From positions 1 through 64,000 of the forward strand of contig JAPSGB010000024.1 in the NCBI GenBank assembly GCA_035063585.1: a stretch of DNA of 64,000 bases, written 5' to 3'. The notes beneath the pieces are model-generated. The model saw only the letters and a program-made list of their open reading frames with translations, had not been told where the DNA came from and ran no database searches. The stretch is from Polyangiaceae bacterium. GTDB lineage: Bacteria > Myxococcota_A > Polyangia > Polyangiales > Polyangiaceae. Made by a program: the position numbers and the translations under genes. Shown piece after piece: positions 23,317 to 33,213 of the stretch; position 1 is the stretch's first letter, and every line of letters starts with the position of its first letter.

Positions 23317-24587
23317 GCGGCGCCCTCGCGCTGCGGCGCGAGCCGCGCCCGCACCGCCTCGGCCACGCTGGCGCGTGGGAGGTCGTCCTCGGTGCGCTCC
23401 ACCAGATCCTTCACCTTTACCACCTCGCGGCCGAGCTCGTCGTCACCGAGCACCAGCGCCAGGCGCGCGCCCATGGCGTCGGCGCGGCGCAGCATGCTCT
23501 TCATCGAGTTGCCGCGCCCGTCGAGCTCGGCGCGCACGCCGAGCCGGCGGAGCTCGCGCGCGAGCCGGAGCGCCTCCCGGATCGCCGGCTCGCCGATGGG
23601 AGCAAGGTACGCGAGCGCGGGCGCTCGAGCGGGCGCCTCCGGCATCGCGAGCAAGAGCCGCTCGAGCCCCATGGCAAAGCCGATGGCCGGCACCGGCGGG
23701 CCGCCGAGCTCGGCGATCATGGCGTCGTAGCGCCCGCCGCCCGCGATGGTGTTTTGCGCGCCGAGGCTGCCCGCGGTGGTCCGGATCTCGAAGAGGGTCC
23801 GCGTGTAGTAGTCGAGCCCGCGCACGAGCGCGGCCTCGACCCGATACGGGGTGCCGAGCGCGTCGAGGGCTCGGAGCAGCGCCTCCCAGTGCGCGCGGTC
23901 GGCGTCGTCGAGCGAGTCGATCGCGGCCGGCGCGCCCCGGGCTGCCTCCTGGTCCCGAGGATCCTTCGAATCGAGGATGCGGAGCGGGTTTACCTCGAGT
24001 CGGGCGCGGGCGTGCTCGCTCAGCGCGCCCGCGCGCGGGCGGAGGTACTCGAGCAGCGCCGCGCGATATCGCGCGCGTGACGCCGGGCCGCCGAGCGAGC
24101 CGACGCACACCTCGAGCTCGCCGATGCCGAGCTCGCCGAAGAGGCCGCACAGCATGTCGATGAGCTCGGCGTCGCAGCTCGGCCCAGGATCACCGAAGAT
24201 CTCGCAGCCCGCCTGGTGAAACTGCCGATAGCGCCCGCGCTGCGGCCGCTCGGCGCGAAACATCGGGCCGAGGTAGTAGAAGCGGCTCACCGGCTCGCGG
24301 CTCTGCACCTTCGCCTCGACGTAGGCTCGCGCGACGCCGGCGGTGCCCTCGGGCCGCAACGTCAGCGACTCGTCGTGCCGGGAGAAGGTGAACATCTCCT
24401 TCTCGACCACGTCGGTCGTGTCGCCGAGCGAGCGAACGAACAGCTCGGTCGGCTCGAGGACCGGGGTGCGGATCTCGGAGTAACCGTGGAGCTCCGCCGT
24501 GCGCCGAAAGCCGTCCTCCAGGCGATGCCAGCGCCCGACCTCGTCGGGGAGGATGTCGTTCATCCCCTTCACACGGCGAAACTGCAT
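23313..24587 (-). CDS. hisS: Histidine--tRNA ligase
   Basis: Motifs VKGMNDILP, LRPEGTAG, FRAERPQRGRYRQFHQ, LVRGLDYY, GGGRYD and GFAMGLER. Confidence 0.97.
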   Translation of the reverse strand: MQFRRVKGMNDILPDEVGRWHRLEDGFRRTAELHGYSEIRTPVLEPTELFVRSLGDTTDVVEKEMFTFSRHDESLTLRPEGTAGVARAYVEAKVQSREPVSRFYYLGPMFRAERPQRGRYRQFHQAGCEIFGDPGPSCDAELIDMLCGLFGELGIGELEVCVGSLGGPASRARYRAALLEYLRPRAGALSEHARARLEVNPLRILDSKDPRDQEAARGAPAAIDSLDDADRAHWEALLRALDALGTPYRVEAALVRGLDYYTRTLFEIRTTAGSLGAQNTIAGGGRYDAMIAELGGPPVPAIGFAMGLERLLLAMPEAPARAPALAYLAPIGEPAIREALRLARELRRLGVRAELDGRGNSMKSMLRRADAMGARLALVLGDDELGREVVKVKDLVERTEDDLPRASVAEAVRARLAPQREGAA

Positions 24588-24779
24588 GACTTTCCCGAGG
24601 TGGCTGGTGGCGGGGCGGCGTCCCCGGGGCGAGTGGAGCGGGCCTGAGGTCCGGTGCGCCGGACCGGGCCCGGGACGCGCCGTCCGGCTTATGCTCGGAG
24701 CGGGAGGTCGGGTCAAGCACGGAGCGCGGCAGATCGCCCCGCGCGCCTCCCGGCTTAATGGTAGATGCGCGCGGGTCGC

Positions 24780-25202
24780 ATGCGCGCGGCTGGAATCGAC
24801 CTGGGGAAGGTTCGCGTGGGCCTCGCCGTCGCCGACGAGCTCGGGCTCATGGCCCACCCGCGCCCCTTCCTCGACGGTCGCGATCCGGGCCGCGCGGTCG
24901 GCGAGCTGGCCCGGCTGGCCGTCGAGGAGCGTATCGAGCTCTTCGTGGTGGGGTTGCCGCGCACGCTCTCCGGCGCCGAAGGTCCGCCGGCGCGCCGGGC
25001 CCGGCGCTTCGCGGAGCGCCTCGCTGCGCGCACCGGGCTCCCGGTGGAGCTCCTCGACGAGCGGCTGACGACCCGCGAGGCGCACGCGCGTCTTCGCGAG
25101 CAGGGCCTCGACCAGCGCGCCGCCCGCGAACGAGTGGACAGCGCCGCGGCGGCGGTCCTGCTCCAGTCCTGGCTCGATGGCCGGAGGGCTGTCGAGCCGT
25201 GA
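24780..25202 (+). CDS. ruvX: YqgF/RuvX family nuclease (pre-16S rRNA processing)
   Basis: Motifs GIDLGKVRVGLAVAD, VVGLP, DERLTT and VDSAAAAVLLQ. Confidence 0.93.
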   Translation: MRAAGIDLGKVRVGLAVADELGLMAHPRPFLDGRDPGRAVGELARLAVEERIELFVVGLPRTLSGAEGPPARRARRFAERLAARTGLPVELLDERLTTREAHARLREQGLDQRAARERVDSAAAAVLLQSWLDGRRAVEP

Positions 25203-26368
25203 CCGCCAAGCATGAGCCGGCTCGCCCGAGCGGGGCCCGGCGGCGGTCGCCCCGGCCGGCGCGCGCGCCGCGCCGGAGCGGCGCGCGGCGTCCGCGGCGG
25301 CCGCGGCGGCGGCTCCTCGTCATCGCCGCCCTCGCGGTCGCGCCGCTGGCGCTCGCCCTCGCGGGGCTCCTCGTCTGGGCGGTCCTGCCCGGACCGAAGA
25401 CCGGCCGCCGGCTCGCGTTCGAGTTGCCCGCCGACGCCGACCGCTCGGCGCTGGCAGCGCGCCTCGCCGAGGCGGGCGCGATCGCGAGCCCGCGGCTCTT
25501 CTCGGCGTACCTCGCGCTGCTCCGCTCCGAGCCGCCGCTCGAGATCGGCCCCCACCTGCTCGACGATGGCCTCTCCCCGCGCGATCTCGTGCGGTACCTC
25601 GCGCGGCTGCCGGCCCGCCCCCGCGCGCGGGTGACCATCCCCGAGGGCTGGAATCGCCTCCAGATCGGCGCGCGGCTCGAGCAGTCGGGGGTCTGCGCCG
25701 CGAGCGAGTTCCAGCGGGCTGCCACCGACCCGGCGCTCCTCGCGCACCTGTCGATCCGCGGGGACAGCGCCGAGGGGTACCTCTTCCCCGCCACCTACGA
25801 CCTCTACCACGACGCGCGCGCCGAGGACGTCATCACCGCGATGGTGCAGCAGGCCCGAAAACACCTCGTGCGCCTCGACGCGAAGCATGCGGGCGCCCTC
25901 GGGCGCTACGTCGCGACCCGCGGCTGGGGCGAGCGCGCGGTGCTCACGATGGCGTCCATCGTGGAGCGGGAGGCGCGCCACGCCGACGAGATGCCCATCA
26001 TCGCCAGCGTCTACCTGAATCGCCTCGACTCGCCCGAGTTCCGCCCCGCGCGCACCCTCATGGCCGACCCGACCGCTGGATACGGCTGCGCCATCGAGCC
26101 CGCGCTCGCGCGGAGCTGCGCGGGCTACGCGGGGGTCATCACGCCGGCCATGCTGCGCGACGCGACCAACCGCTACAACACCTACAAGCACCCGGGGCTG
26201 CCGCCAGGTCCCATCGCGAACCCGGGCGAGGACGCCATCGCGGCGGTGCTCACGCCCGCCGAGACGGACTACCTCTTCTTCGTCGCGACCGGCGGCGGGC
26301 GTCACACCTTCAGCCGCACGATGGACGAGCACCAGGCCGCCATCGACGGCGCGCGGCGCGGCAAGTAG
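25199..26368 (+). CDS. mltG: Endolytic transglycosylase MltG
   Basis: Motifs VTIPEG, EGYLFPATY, ASIVERE, YNTYKHPGLPPGPIANPG and YLFFVA; single N-terminal TM helix. Confidence 0.95.
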   Translation: MTAKHEPARPSGARRRSPRPARAPRRSGARRPRRPRRRLLVIAALAVAPLALALAGLLVWAVLPGPKTGRRLAFELPADADRSALAARLAEAGAIASPRLFSAYLALLRSEPPLEIGPHLLDDGLSPRDLVRYLARLPARPRARVTIPEGWNRLQIGARLEQSGVCAASEFQRAATDPALLAHLSIRGDSAEGYLFPATYDLYHDARAEDVITAMVQQARKHLVRLDAKHAGALGRYVATRGWGERAVLTMASIVEREARHADEMPIIASVYLNRLDSPEFRPARTLMADPTAGYGCAIEPALARSCAGYAGVITPAMLRDATNRYNTYKHPGLPPGPIANPGEDAIAAVLTPAETDYLFFVATGGGRHTFSRTMDEHQAAIDGARRGK

Positions 26369-26470
26369 CCGGGGAGGCTGGCCGGCGATGGGGTCGTCGG
26401 CCTCGCGCGACGGGGCCTCGCGCGCGGCGCGGCAAGCAGCGGCGGAGGCTGGCCGGTCCGGCGCGGCCGG

Positions 26471-26552
26471 CGGCGTGGCGCGGTGGCGGCGCGGTCCGGC
26501 GGCGTGGCGCGCCGCGCGGTCCGGCGGCGCGGCGTGGCGCGGTGGCGGCGCG
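26471..26552. repeat. GC-rich direct repeats in the mltG-tkt intergenic region
   Basis: CGGCGTGGCGCGGTGGCGGCGCG occurs at 26471-26493 and 26530-26552, with related shorter units between. Confidence 0.6.
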
Positions 26553-26600
26553 AAATGGGCGCGCGCGCCAAGCCGCTTTTCGTCGCCGGCGTCCGGCGCT

Positions 26601-28583
26601 ATGCCGGACCGCATGGACGCCTATGAAGCAGCGGTAAAGACCATCCAGTTTCTCTCGGTCGACGGCGTGGAGCGGGCCAAGAGCGGTCACCCGGGCACGC
26701 CCATGGCGCTCGCCGGCATCACGGTGGACATCTTCACACGCCACCTCCGCTACGATCCCGCGGACCCAGCCTGGCCGAACCGCGACCGGTTCGTGCTCTC
26801 CTGCGGCCATGCGTCGATGCTGCTCTACTCGACGCTCCACCTCGCCGGTTATGAGCTCTCGCTCGAGGATCTGAAGCAATTCCGGCAGTGGGGCTCTCGG
26901 ACACCGGGGCACCCGGAGGTGCACCACACGCCGGGCGTCGAGACCACCACCGGGCCGCTCGGGCAGGGCGTCGGCAACGCGGTCGGCTTGGCGCTGGCCG
27001 GGAAGCTCGCGCAGGCGCGCCTGGCGAGCGACGACGCCGCCCTGCTCGACTATCGCGTGTTCGGGCTCTGCTCCGACGGCGACTTGATGGAAGGCGTGAG
27101 CGCCGAGGCGTCGAGCGTGGCGGGACACCTCGGCCTCGACAACCTCGTGATGGTCTACGACGACAACCACATCACCATCGACGGCCGCACCGAGATAAGC
27201 TTCACCGAGGACGTCGGCAAGCGCTACGAGGCGTACGGGTGGTACGTGCAGCACGTCGACGGGCACTCGCCCGACGAGGTCCGCGCCGCGCTCGACCGGG
27301 CGGTCGCCGAGCCGAAGCGGCCGAGCCTCATCGTCGCCCGTACCCACATCGCCATCGGCTCGCCGAACAAGCAAGACACCTCCGCGGCCCACGGCGCGCC
27401 GCTCGGCGCCGCCGAGATCGAGCTCACCAAGAAGGCCGCAGGTTGGCCGCTCGAGCCCTTCTACGTAGCCGACGAAGCGCGCGCGCTCTTCGACGCGCGG
27501 CGCCAGGAGAACCAGGCCGTCCACGCCGCCTGGAACGAGCAGCGCGCCGCGCTCACCGGCGAGCGCAAGGCGCGGCTCGACACGCTCCTCGCGCGCGCCG
27601 TCCCGGCGGATCTGTTCGCGAAGCTGGTGGCGGCCGCCGAGCCCGGCAAGAAGGACGCGACCCGCTCGCTCGCGGCGGCGCTCGAGCAGGTCGTGGCGCG
27701 CGAGGTGCCGGCGTTCCTCGGCGGCGCGGCCGATCTCGCGGAGTCGACCAAGACCACGATCAAGGGCGGCGGCGAGGTGCAGCGCGGCGAGTACGCAGGC
27801 CGCAACCTCCACTTCGGTATCCGCGAGCACGGCATGGGCGCGATCCTGAACGGGCTCGCCCTGAGCGGGTTCTTCATCCCGTTCGGTTCGACCTTCCTCA
27901 TCTTCAGCGACTACATGCGCCCGAGCGTGCGACTAGCGGCGCTCATGGGCGAGCAGGTGCTCTTCGTCTACACGCACGACTCGGTGTTCCTCGGCGAGGA
28001 CGGCCCGACGCACCAGGCGATCGAGCAGCTCGCCTCCCTCCGACTCATCCCGAACCTCGACGTGGTGCGTCCGGCCGACTCGCTCGAGTGCGCGGCGGCC
28101 TGGGCCCACGCTCTCGCGCGCCGAGACGGCCCCACGGCCTTCGCGTTGTCACGTCAGGCGCTGCCGCCGCTCGAGCGCGGCGCGGGCTTCGACCCGCGCG
28201 ACCTGCTGAAGGGCGCGTACATCGTCGCGGACGCGAGCGATCCGGAGCTCGTGCTCATCGCGACCGGCAGCGAGGTGCACGTCGCGGTCGAGGCGCAGCG
28301 CCTCCTCGCCGCGCAGGGCAGGCGAGTGCGCGTGGTGAGCGCGTGGTGCTGGGAGGCGTTCTCGCGGCTCCCCGAGGCGGAGCGTGACGCCATCCTCGGC
28401 CGCGGCCTCCGGCGAGCGACGCTCGAGGCCGGACGCACCGCGACCTGGGCGGGCGTCGCCGGCGCGCGCGGGATCACCATCGGGATCGATCGCTTCGGCG
28501 CCTCCGCGCCTGCCGAGCGCATCGCCGACGAGTTCGGCATCACCGCGGCGAAGGTCCGCGACCGCATCCTCGCCGAGCTCTAA
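26601..28583 (+). CDS. tkt: Transketolase
   Basis: Motifs SGHPG, RDRFVLSCGH, TTGPLGQG, DGDLMEG, FGIREHGM and THDSVFLGEDGPTHQ. Confidence 0.97.
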   Translation: MPDRMDAYEAAVKTIQFLSVDGVERAKSGHPGTPMALAGITVDIFTRHLRYDPADPAWPNRDRFVLSCGHASMLLYSTLHLAGYELSLEDLKQFRQWGSRTPGHPEVHHTPGVETTTGPLGQGVGNAVGLALAGKLAQARLASDDAALLDYRVFGLCSDGDLMEGVSAEASSVAGHLGLDNLVMVYDDNHITIDGRTEISFTEDVGKRYEAYGWYVQHVDGHSPDEVRAALDRAVAEPKRPSLIVARTHIAIGSPNKQDTSAAHGAPLGAAEIELTKKAAGWPLEPFYVADEARALFDARRQENQAVHAAWNEQRAALTGERKARLDTLLARAVPADLFAKLVAAAEPGKKDATRSLAAALEQVVAREVPAFLGGAADLAESTKTTIKGGGEVQRGEYAGRNLHFGIREHGMGAILNGLALSGFFIPFGSTFLIFSDYMRPSVRLAALMGEQVLFVYTHDSVFLGEDGPTHQAIEQLASLRLIPNLDVVRPADSLECAAAWAHALARRDGPTAFALSRQALPPLERGAGFDPRDLLKGAYIVADASDPELVLIATGSEVHVAVEAQRLLAAQGRRVRVVSAWCWEAFSRLPEAERDAILGRGLRRATLEAGRTATWAGVAGARGITIGIDRFGASAPAERIADEFGITAAKVRDRILAEL

Positions 28584-28633
28584 TTCGTTTGCGCGCCCGC
28601 GCGGGGAGGGTGATAGTCGGAAGCGAGGCGGCG

Positions 28634-28987
28634 ATGACTCTCCCGATGGTGCTCGTTCCGCACCCGCACGTGCGCGTCGATTCGAATGTGCTCGGCGGGA
28701 GTCCCTACGTCGCCGGGTCGCGCGTGCTCGTGCGCCGCCTCTTCGCGTTCTATCGGCGCGGCGTGCCGATCGAGCAGCTCCGCAAGAACTTCCCGCAGCT
28801 CCGGCCGGCGGCGCTCTTCGATGCGCTAGCGTTCGCGCTCGACAATCCCGAGGTGATGGACGCGGACCTCGCCAGCGAACGGGAGATCCTGGCTCGGCTC
28901 CACCGGCGAGCGCCCGGCAAGCCTCAGGGCCCGGAGCAAATCGAACTGCCGTTCGCCCGCGCGACCGGCTCGGGCGCTCGAGGCTGA
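28634..28987 (+). CDS. DUF433 family protein (antitoxin-like HTH)
   Basis: Pattern VDSNVLGGSPYVAGSRVLV...GVPIEQL...FPQL....LFDALAF. Confidence 0.8.
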   Translation: MTLPMVLVPHPHVRVDSNVLGGSPYVAGSRVLVRRLFAFYRRGVPIEQLRKNFPQLRPAALFDALAFALDNPEVMDADLASEREILARLHRRAPGKPQGPEQIELPFARATGSGARG

Positions 28988-29317
28988 GCGGCGCTCGCGT
29001 CCGGAGGGGCTCCGGGGGGCGCGCGAGGCGCGGTCCCCCCGCGAGGACGGCCGCATGGGGCTTCGGGGTGCCGCGTTCCGGGTCCCCCGTGCAAAATTCC
29101 TTTACAGCGACCAAGAATCGAGCGAGAAGCGGCGCGCGAGCCGGTCCCCAGGCGGTCGGCGAGGCGGTCGGAGCACGCGAGAATCATCAAAGTGGTTTGA
29201 TTAGAGGGCGTAGGTGGCTCGTCGATTTGGTGCCCCGGTGGGGTTCCCAAGGCGGCGCGCCGGGTGTAGCGTGCACCGCCGACGCGCCCGGGATTGGGCT
29301 TGAGGAGGTATTTCAAG

Positions 29318-30595
29318 ATGGTCGCGAATCGTTGGCGAAAGATGTCTGGTCCGGTGCTCGGCGTGGTCGCACTCACCGCGGTGCCGATGTTGGTCGATTG
29401 CGGCGGGCTGCCGAAGCTGCCGGGCGTGCCGGGTCTGCCGGGGAGCAACTGCCCCGACATGGCTGACGTGAGCGCGATCGCGAGCTTCGATTGGCAGAAG
29501 GAGTTCAAGCTCGACGCCGAGGTCTCCGGCAAGCTCAAGGGCGGCCTCAGCGCCGCGGCCGAGCTCAAGGGGCTGGCGCTCCAGATCGACGGCGAGCTGA
29601 AGACCGCCTGCAACAAGCTGTCGTCGGATCTCGGCGGTTCGACCGGCGAGGACGGCGCCACGGCCTGCAAGGCGGCCATGAGCGCGATGGGCGCCATCAA
29701 GGCGAAGATGGGCGCGTCGGCGAAGATCAGCCTCGCTCTCAAGCCTCCGGTCTGCTCGGTGTCGATCGACGCCGCGGCCGAGTGCGCCGGGAGCTGCGAC
29801 GCCAGCGTCTCGGGCGGCAAGGCCGAGGTGAAGTGCGAGGGCGGTGAGATTTCGGGCGAGTGCGGCGCGAGCTGCGAGGGCTCGTGTAACATCGAGGCGG
29901 GCGGCAAGTGTGAAGGCACCTGCAACGGCGCCTGCGACGCCGGCTTCTCGGGCACTTGCAGCGGCACCTGCGACGGCAAGTGCGACGGCAAGGACGCCAA
30001 GGGCGAGTGCAAGGGCAAGTGCGAGGGCAAGTGCGACGTGAGCGGTGGCGGCACCTGCTCCGGTAGCTGCAAGGGCGAGTGCAAGCTCAAGGCGGCGGCC
30101 GAGTGCAAGGGCACCTGCTCGGGCAAGTGCTCGGTGGAGATGAAGGCCCCGCAGTGCTCCGGCACGGTGGAGCCCCCGAAGGTGAGCGCCGAGTGCAAGG
30201 CCAACTGCGACGCGAAGCTCAACGCCCAGGCGTCTTGCACGCCGGCCAGCGTGTCGCTGAACATCACCGGCGCGGCGGATGCGTCGGCGGCGGCCACGTA
30301 CAAGGCGGCCCTCGAGGCCAACCTGCCGGCGATCCTCAAGGTCGCGATCGGCATGAAGGACAAGGTCGAGGGCGTCGCGGCGAGCGTCTCCGCGGTGGTC
30401 GATGGCCTGCAGGGCACCGTGAAGGGCGCCGTGTCGGGCGGCCCGGCGCTCGCGGCGGGCCTGACGGCCTGCGTCGCGGCTCCCTTCAAGGGCGCCTTCG
30501 ACGCGGCGGCCAGCATCAAGGCCAACGTGAACGTCTCGGTCGACGTCAAGGCGAGCGCCTCGGCGAGCGGCAGCGCGGGCGGCAAGGCCGGCTGA
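29318..30595 (+). CDS. Cys-rich repeat exported protein, probable lipoprotein
   Basis: Strong RBS GAGGAGG; signal peptide ending MLVDC; 31 Cys including six C-x3-C-x3-C triplets. Confidence 0.85.
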   Translation: MVANRWRKMSGPVLGVVALTAVPMLVDCGGLPKLPGVPGLPGSNCPDMADVSAIASFDWQKEFKLDAEVSGKLKGGLSAAAELKGLALQIDGELKTACNKLSSDLGGSTGEDGATACKAAMSAMGAIKAKMGASAKISLALKPPVCSVSIDAAAECAGSCDASVSGGKAEVKCEGGEISGECGASCEGSCNIEAGGKCEGTCNGACDAGFSGTCSGTCDGKCDGKDAKGECKGKCEGKCDVSGGGTCSGSCKGECKLKAAAECKGTCSGKCSVEMKAPQCSGTVEPPKVSAECKANCDAKLNAQASCTPASVSLNITGAADASAAATYKAALEANLPAILKVAIGMKDKVEGVAASVSAVVDGLQGTVKGAVSGGPALAAGLTACVAAPFKGAFDAAASIKANVNVSVDVKASASASGSAGGKAG

Positions 30596-30696
30596 GCGAG
30601 TCCGACGTGAACGCGCATTGGGCGCGGTGCTCCGCCAGGAGCCCGCGCCCGATGTGTTTTTGTCGGCGACCCGCCGTGGCCGCGCCGGCGCGAACG

Positions 30697-31782
30697 TCAG
30701 GGACGCTCGCCGAGCGCGTCGAGGAACGCCTGGTGCTCCGCCAGCGGGAACGCCTCGGCCAGCAGCGCCACCTCGGCCACGGGCCGTGGCGGCGCGGAGC
30801 GACGCGCTGCGAGGCAGCGGCGAAGCGCCTCCTCGCAGCGCGCGCGAAAGGCTGGGTCCAGCGCGGCCTCGGACACCAGCGCCGCGTGCGCCGCTTCGGC
30901 GAGCGCGGCGTCGCTGCACACGAGCAAGGCGTCACATCCGGCGCGAATCGCTCGCACCGCGGCCTCACCGGGGCCGAGCCCGGCGAGCGCCTTCATCTCG
31001 AGATCATCGCTGAAGAGCACGCCCCGGAAGCCGAGCTCGTCGCGGAGCAGCTCGGTGCAGATCCGGTGGCTGAGGGTCGCGGGGAGCTCGGGCTCGAGCG
31101 CCGGGTACACGACGTGCGCGCTCATCAGGGCAGCCACGCCGGCCTCGATGGCGGCGCGGAACGGCGGGAGCTCGACCGCGCGGAGCGAGGCCTCGTCTCG
31201 GGTGACCGCGGGCAGCTCGAGGTGGCTGTCGGCGGCGGTGTCGCCGTGCCCCGGGAAGTGCTTGCCGCAGCCGAGCACGCCCTGTCGGCGTAGCCCTTCG
31301 ACGAAGGCCGGCGCGAGCCGCGCCACTTCCTCGGGGTCCCGACTGAAGGCGCGATCACCGATGATCGGGTTCTTGGGGTTGTTGTCGACGTCGAGGACGG
31401 GCGCAAAATCGAGGTTGAAGCCGAGCGCGCGAAGCCCGCGCCCGATGAGCTCGCCCGCGCGTGCGACGAGCGCCCGGTCGCCGCGCTCACCGAGCTGCCG
31501 CATGGGTGGGAGCGCGAGCGCGGGGGACGGCAGGCGGCGCACGCGCCCCCCTTCCTCGTCCACGCCGACGAAGAGCGGGAGCTCGGCGGGTGCGGCCCGA
31601 GTCGCCGCCGAGCAGAGCTGGTGCGCGACCTCGAGGCTCGGCAGGTTACGCTTGAAGAGGATCACGCCGCCGCGAACGCCGCGCCGGAGCGCGTCCTCGA
31701 GCTCGGTCGGGAGCTCGGTGCCAGGGAAGCCCACGACCAGGAGCTGACCGCAGAGTTGCTCGAGCTCGAGAGCCTCGTTCAT
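30697..31782 (-). CDS. nagZ: Beta-N-acetylhexosaminidase (GH3)
   Basis: Motifs GGVILFKRN, DEEGGRV, APVLD, KHFPGHGDT..DSH and FSDDLEM. Confidence 0.93.
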   Translation of the reverse strand: MNEALELEQLCGQLLVVGFPGTELPTELEDALRRGVRGGVILFKRNLPSLEVAHQLCSAATRAAPAELPLFVGVDEEGGRVRRLPSPALALPPMRQLGERGDRALVARAGELIGRGLRALGFNLDFAPVLDVDNNPKNPIIGDRAFSRDPEEVARLAPAFVEGLRRQGVLGCGKHFPGHGDTAADSHLELPAVTRDEASLRAVELPPFRAAIEAGVAALMSAHVVYPALEPELPATLSHRICTELLRDELGFRGVLFSDDLEMKALAGLGPGEAAVRAIRAGCDALLVCSDAALAEAAHAALVSEAALDPAFRARCEEALRRCLAARRSAPPRPVAEVALLAEAFPLAEHQAFLDALGERP

Positions 31783-31827
31783 CGCCCGTCAGGATAGCCT
31801 GCGCCGGGTACGGCTGAACAGCGGCGC

Positions 31828-33213
31828 TCAGCTCTGCCGGGAGAGAGCGCGCGCTGGGTCGGTGCGGGCCGCGCGCCGGGCCGGACCGAGCGCCCCGAGG
31901 AGGGCGAAACCGGCAGCGAAGGCCACCGCGAGCACCCACAGCCAGAGCGGGAACGCGAAGAAGCTCTTTGGTTTGAACGGAAAATCCGGGAGATCGACCG
32001 CCGCGCGAGAGTCCGCGACGAGGGCGAGGAGCCGCGCGGCGAGGGCGCCCGCCGCGCCCGCGACCCCGCCGAGCGTCGCGGCGAGCGCGAGCATCCAGGC
32101 GCGCATGTCGCCAGCGCTCGCGCCGAGCGCGCGGTAGAGGCCGATCTCCCGCTCGCGCTCGGCGACCACGACCCGCAGCGTGTGCGTGATGTTGAGCGCG
32201 GCGACCAGGAGGATCACCGCGGCGACCAGCATGAGCAGGGCGAGCACGCTCGAGATGAGCACGCTCACGTCGCGAGCGCGGGTATCGTGGGGCACGAGGC
32301 CGAGGCGGTCGGCCGCGGCGATGACGTCGCTCGCGTCGCTCGCGCTGCTCACCCGTACCACTACGCTGGAGTATCGGGAGGCCGCCGCAGGCCCCGCGTA
32401 CTCGGCGTTCCAGCGCTGGACCACCGCGAGGGGTAGGGTGACGCCGAGGTCGATGGCCTTCGGCGAGATCCCGACGACGCGGACGCGGGCCTCGCGCTGC
32501 TCGCCGTGCCGCGCCACTCCGAGCAGGGAGTTACCGAGACCCATGGTGAAGATCACGCCGCTGGCGCGCTCCACCAGTGAGCCGGCGATGGGCGGGAGCC
32601 CGTGCGCCGGCGCGATGGCATGATCGAAGAGCTCGACGAGATAGCGGCTGACCAGCGCAGGCACCGGGTCGCTGCATCGGCCCACGGCCTCACCGCTCGG
32701 CTTCTCGCAGTACTGGGGGGCGGGGCACTCGGCCACCGTGCGGCAGCTTGGGCCCGGGCGCTCGAGCGGATCCCGGAAGCGCTCTCTGAGCGCTCCGTCG
32801 AGCAGGGCGGGCGCGATCCCGTCGCCCACCATCTCGTGGGTCCCGATTTCGTGGCCGAGCAGCTCCTTTCCTCCGCGCGCGGTGGAGGGGAAGCGAAAGC
32901 GCAGCTTCGGATAGACCTCGGCGACCCCCGGGAGCCGCCTGAGCTCGTCGACCGTCGCGGCCTCGATGCCCGCCGGCTCGGGCGCGTCCCCGAAGAGCGA
33001 GAGGAGCCCCGTCGAGCTCCGTACCGGCTCGAGCTCGACCTGATCGATGGGGAAGACGTCTCCGAGCAGCACCCGCCGCGCCCCGAGCCCGAGCGCGAGG
33101 AAGAACACCATGGCCGCGATGCCGACCGCGATGCCAAAGCCTGCCGTGATGAGCGGGCCGCGCACGCGACCGAGCTCCCGCCGCACCATGCGCGCGAGCT
33201 GGGCCGTCTTCAC
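31828..33213 (-). CDS. FtsX/MacB-family ABC transporter permease
   Basis: N-terminal TM helix GIAVGIAA, large periplasmic domain, ERER EIGLYRALGAS and PARRAARTDP. Confidence 0.88.
   Translation of the reverse strand: MKTAQLARMVRRELGRVRGPLITAGFGIAVGIAAMVFFLALGLGARRVLLGDVFPIDQVELEPVRSSTGLLSLFGDAPEPAGIEAATVDELRRLPGVAEVYPKLRFRFPSTARGGKELLGHEIGTHEMVGDGIAPALLDGALRERFRDPLERPGPSCRTVAECPAPQYCEKPSGEAVGRCSDPVPALVSRYLVELFDHAIAPAHGLPPIAGSLVERASGVIFTMGLGNSLLGVARHGEQREARVRVVGISPKAIDLGVTLPLAVVQRWNAEYAGPAAASRYSSVVVRVSSASDASDVIAAADRLGLVPHDTRARDVSVLISSVLALLMLVAAVILLVAALNITHTLRVVVAEREREIGLYRALGASAGDMRAWMLALAATLGGVAGAAGALAARLLALVADSRAAVDLPDFPFKPKSFFAFPLWLWVLAVAFAAGFALLGALGPARRAARTDPARALSRQS

Noticed and set aside
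29186..29201. FNR/CRP box
   Set aside because: The half-sites are in the opposite order to TTGAT-N4-ATCAA, so it is kept only as a generic palindrome.
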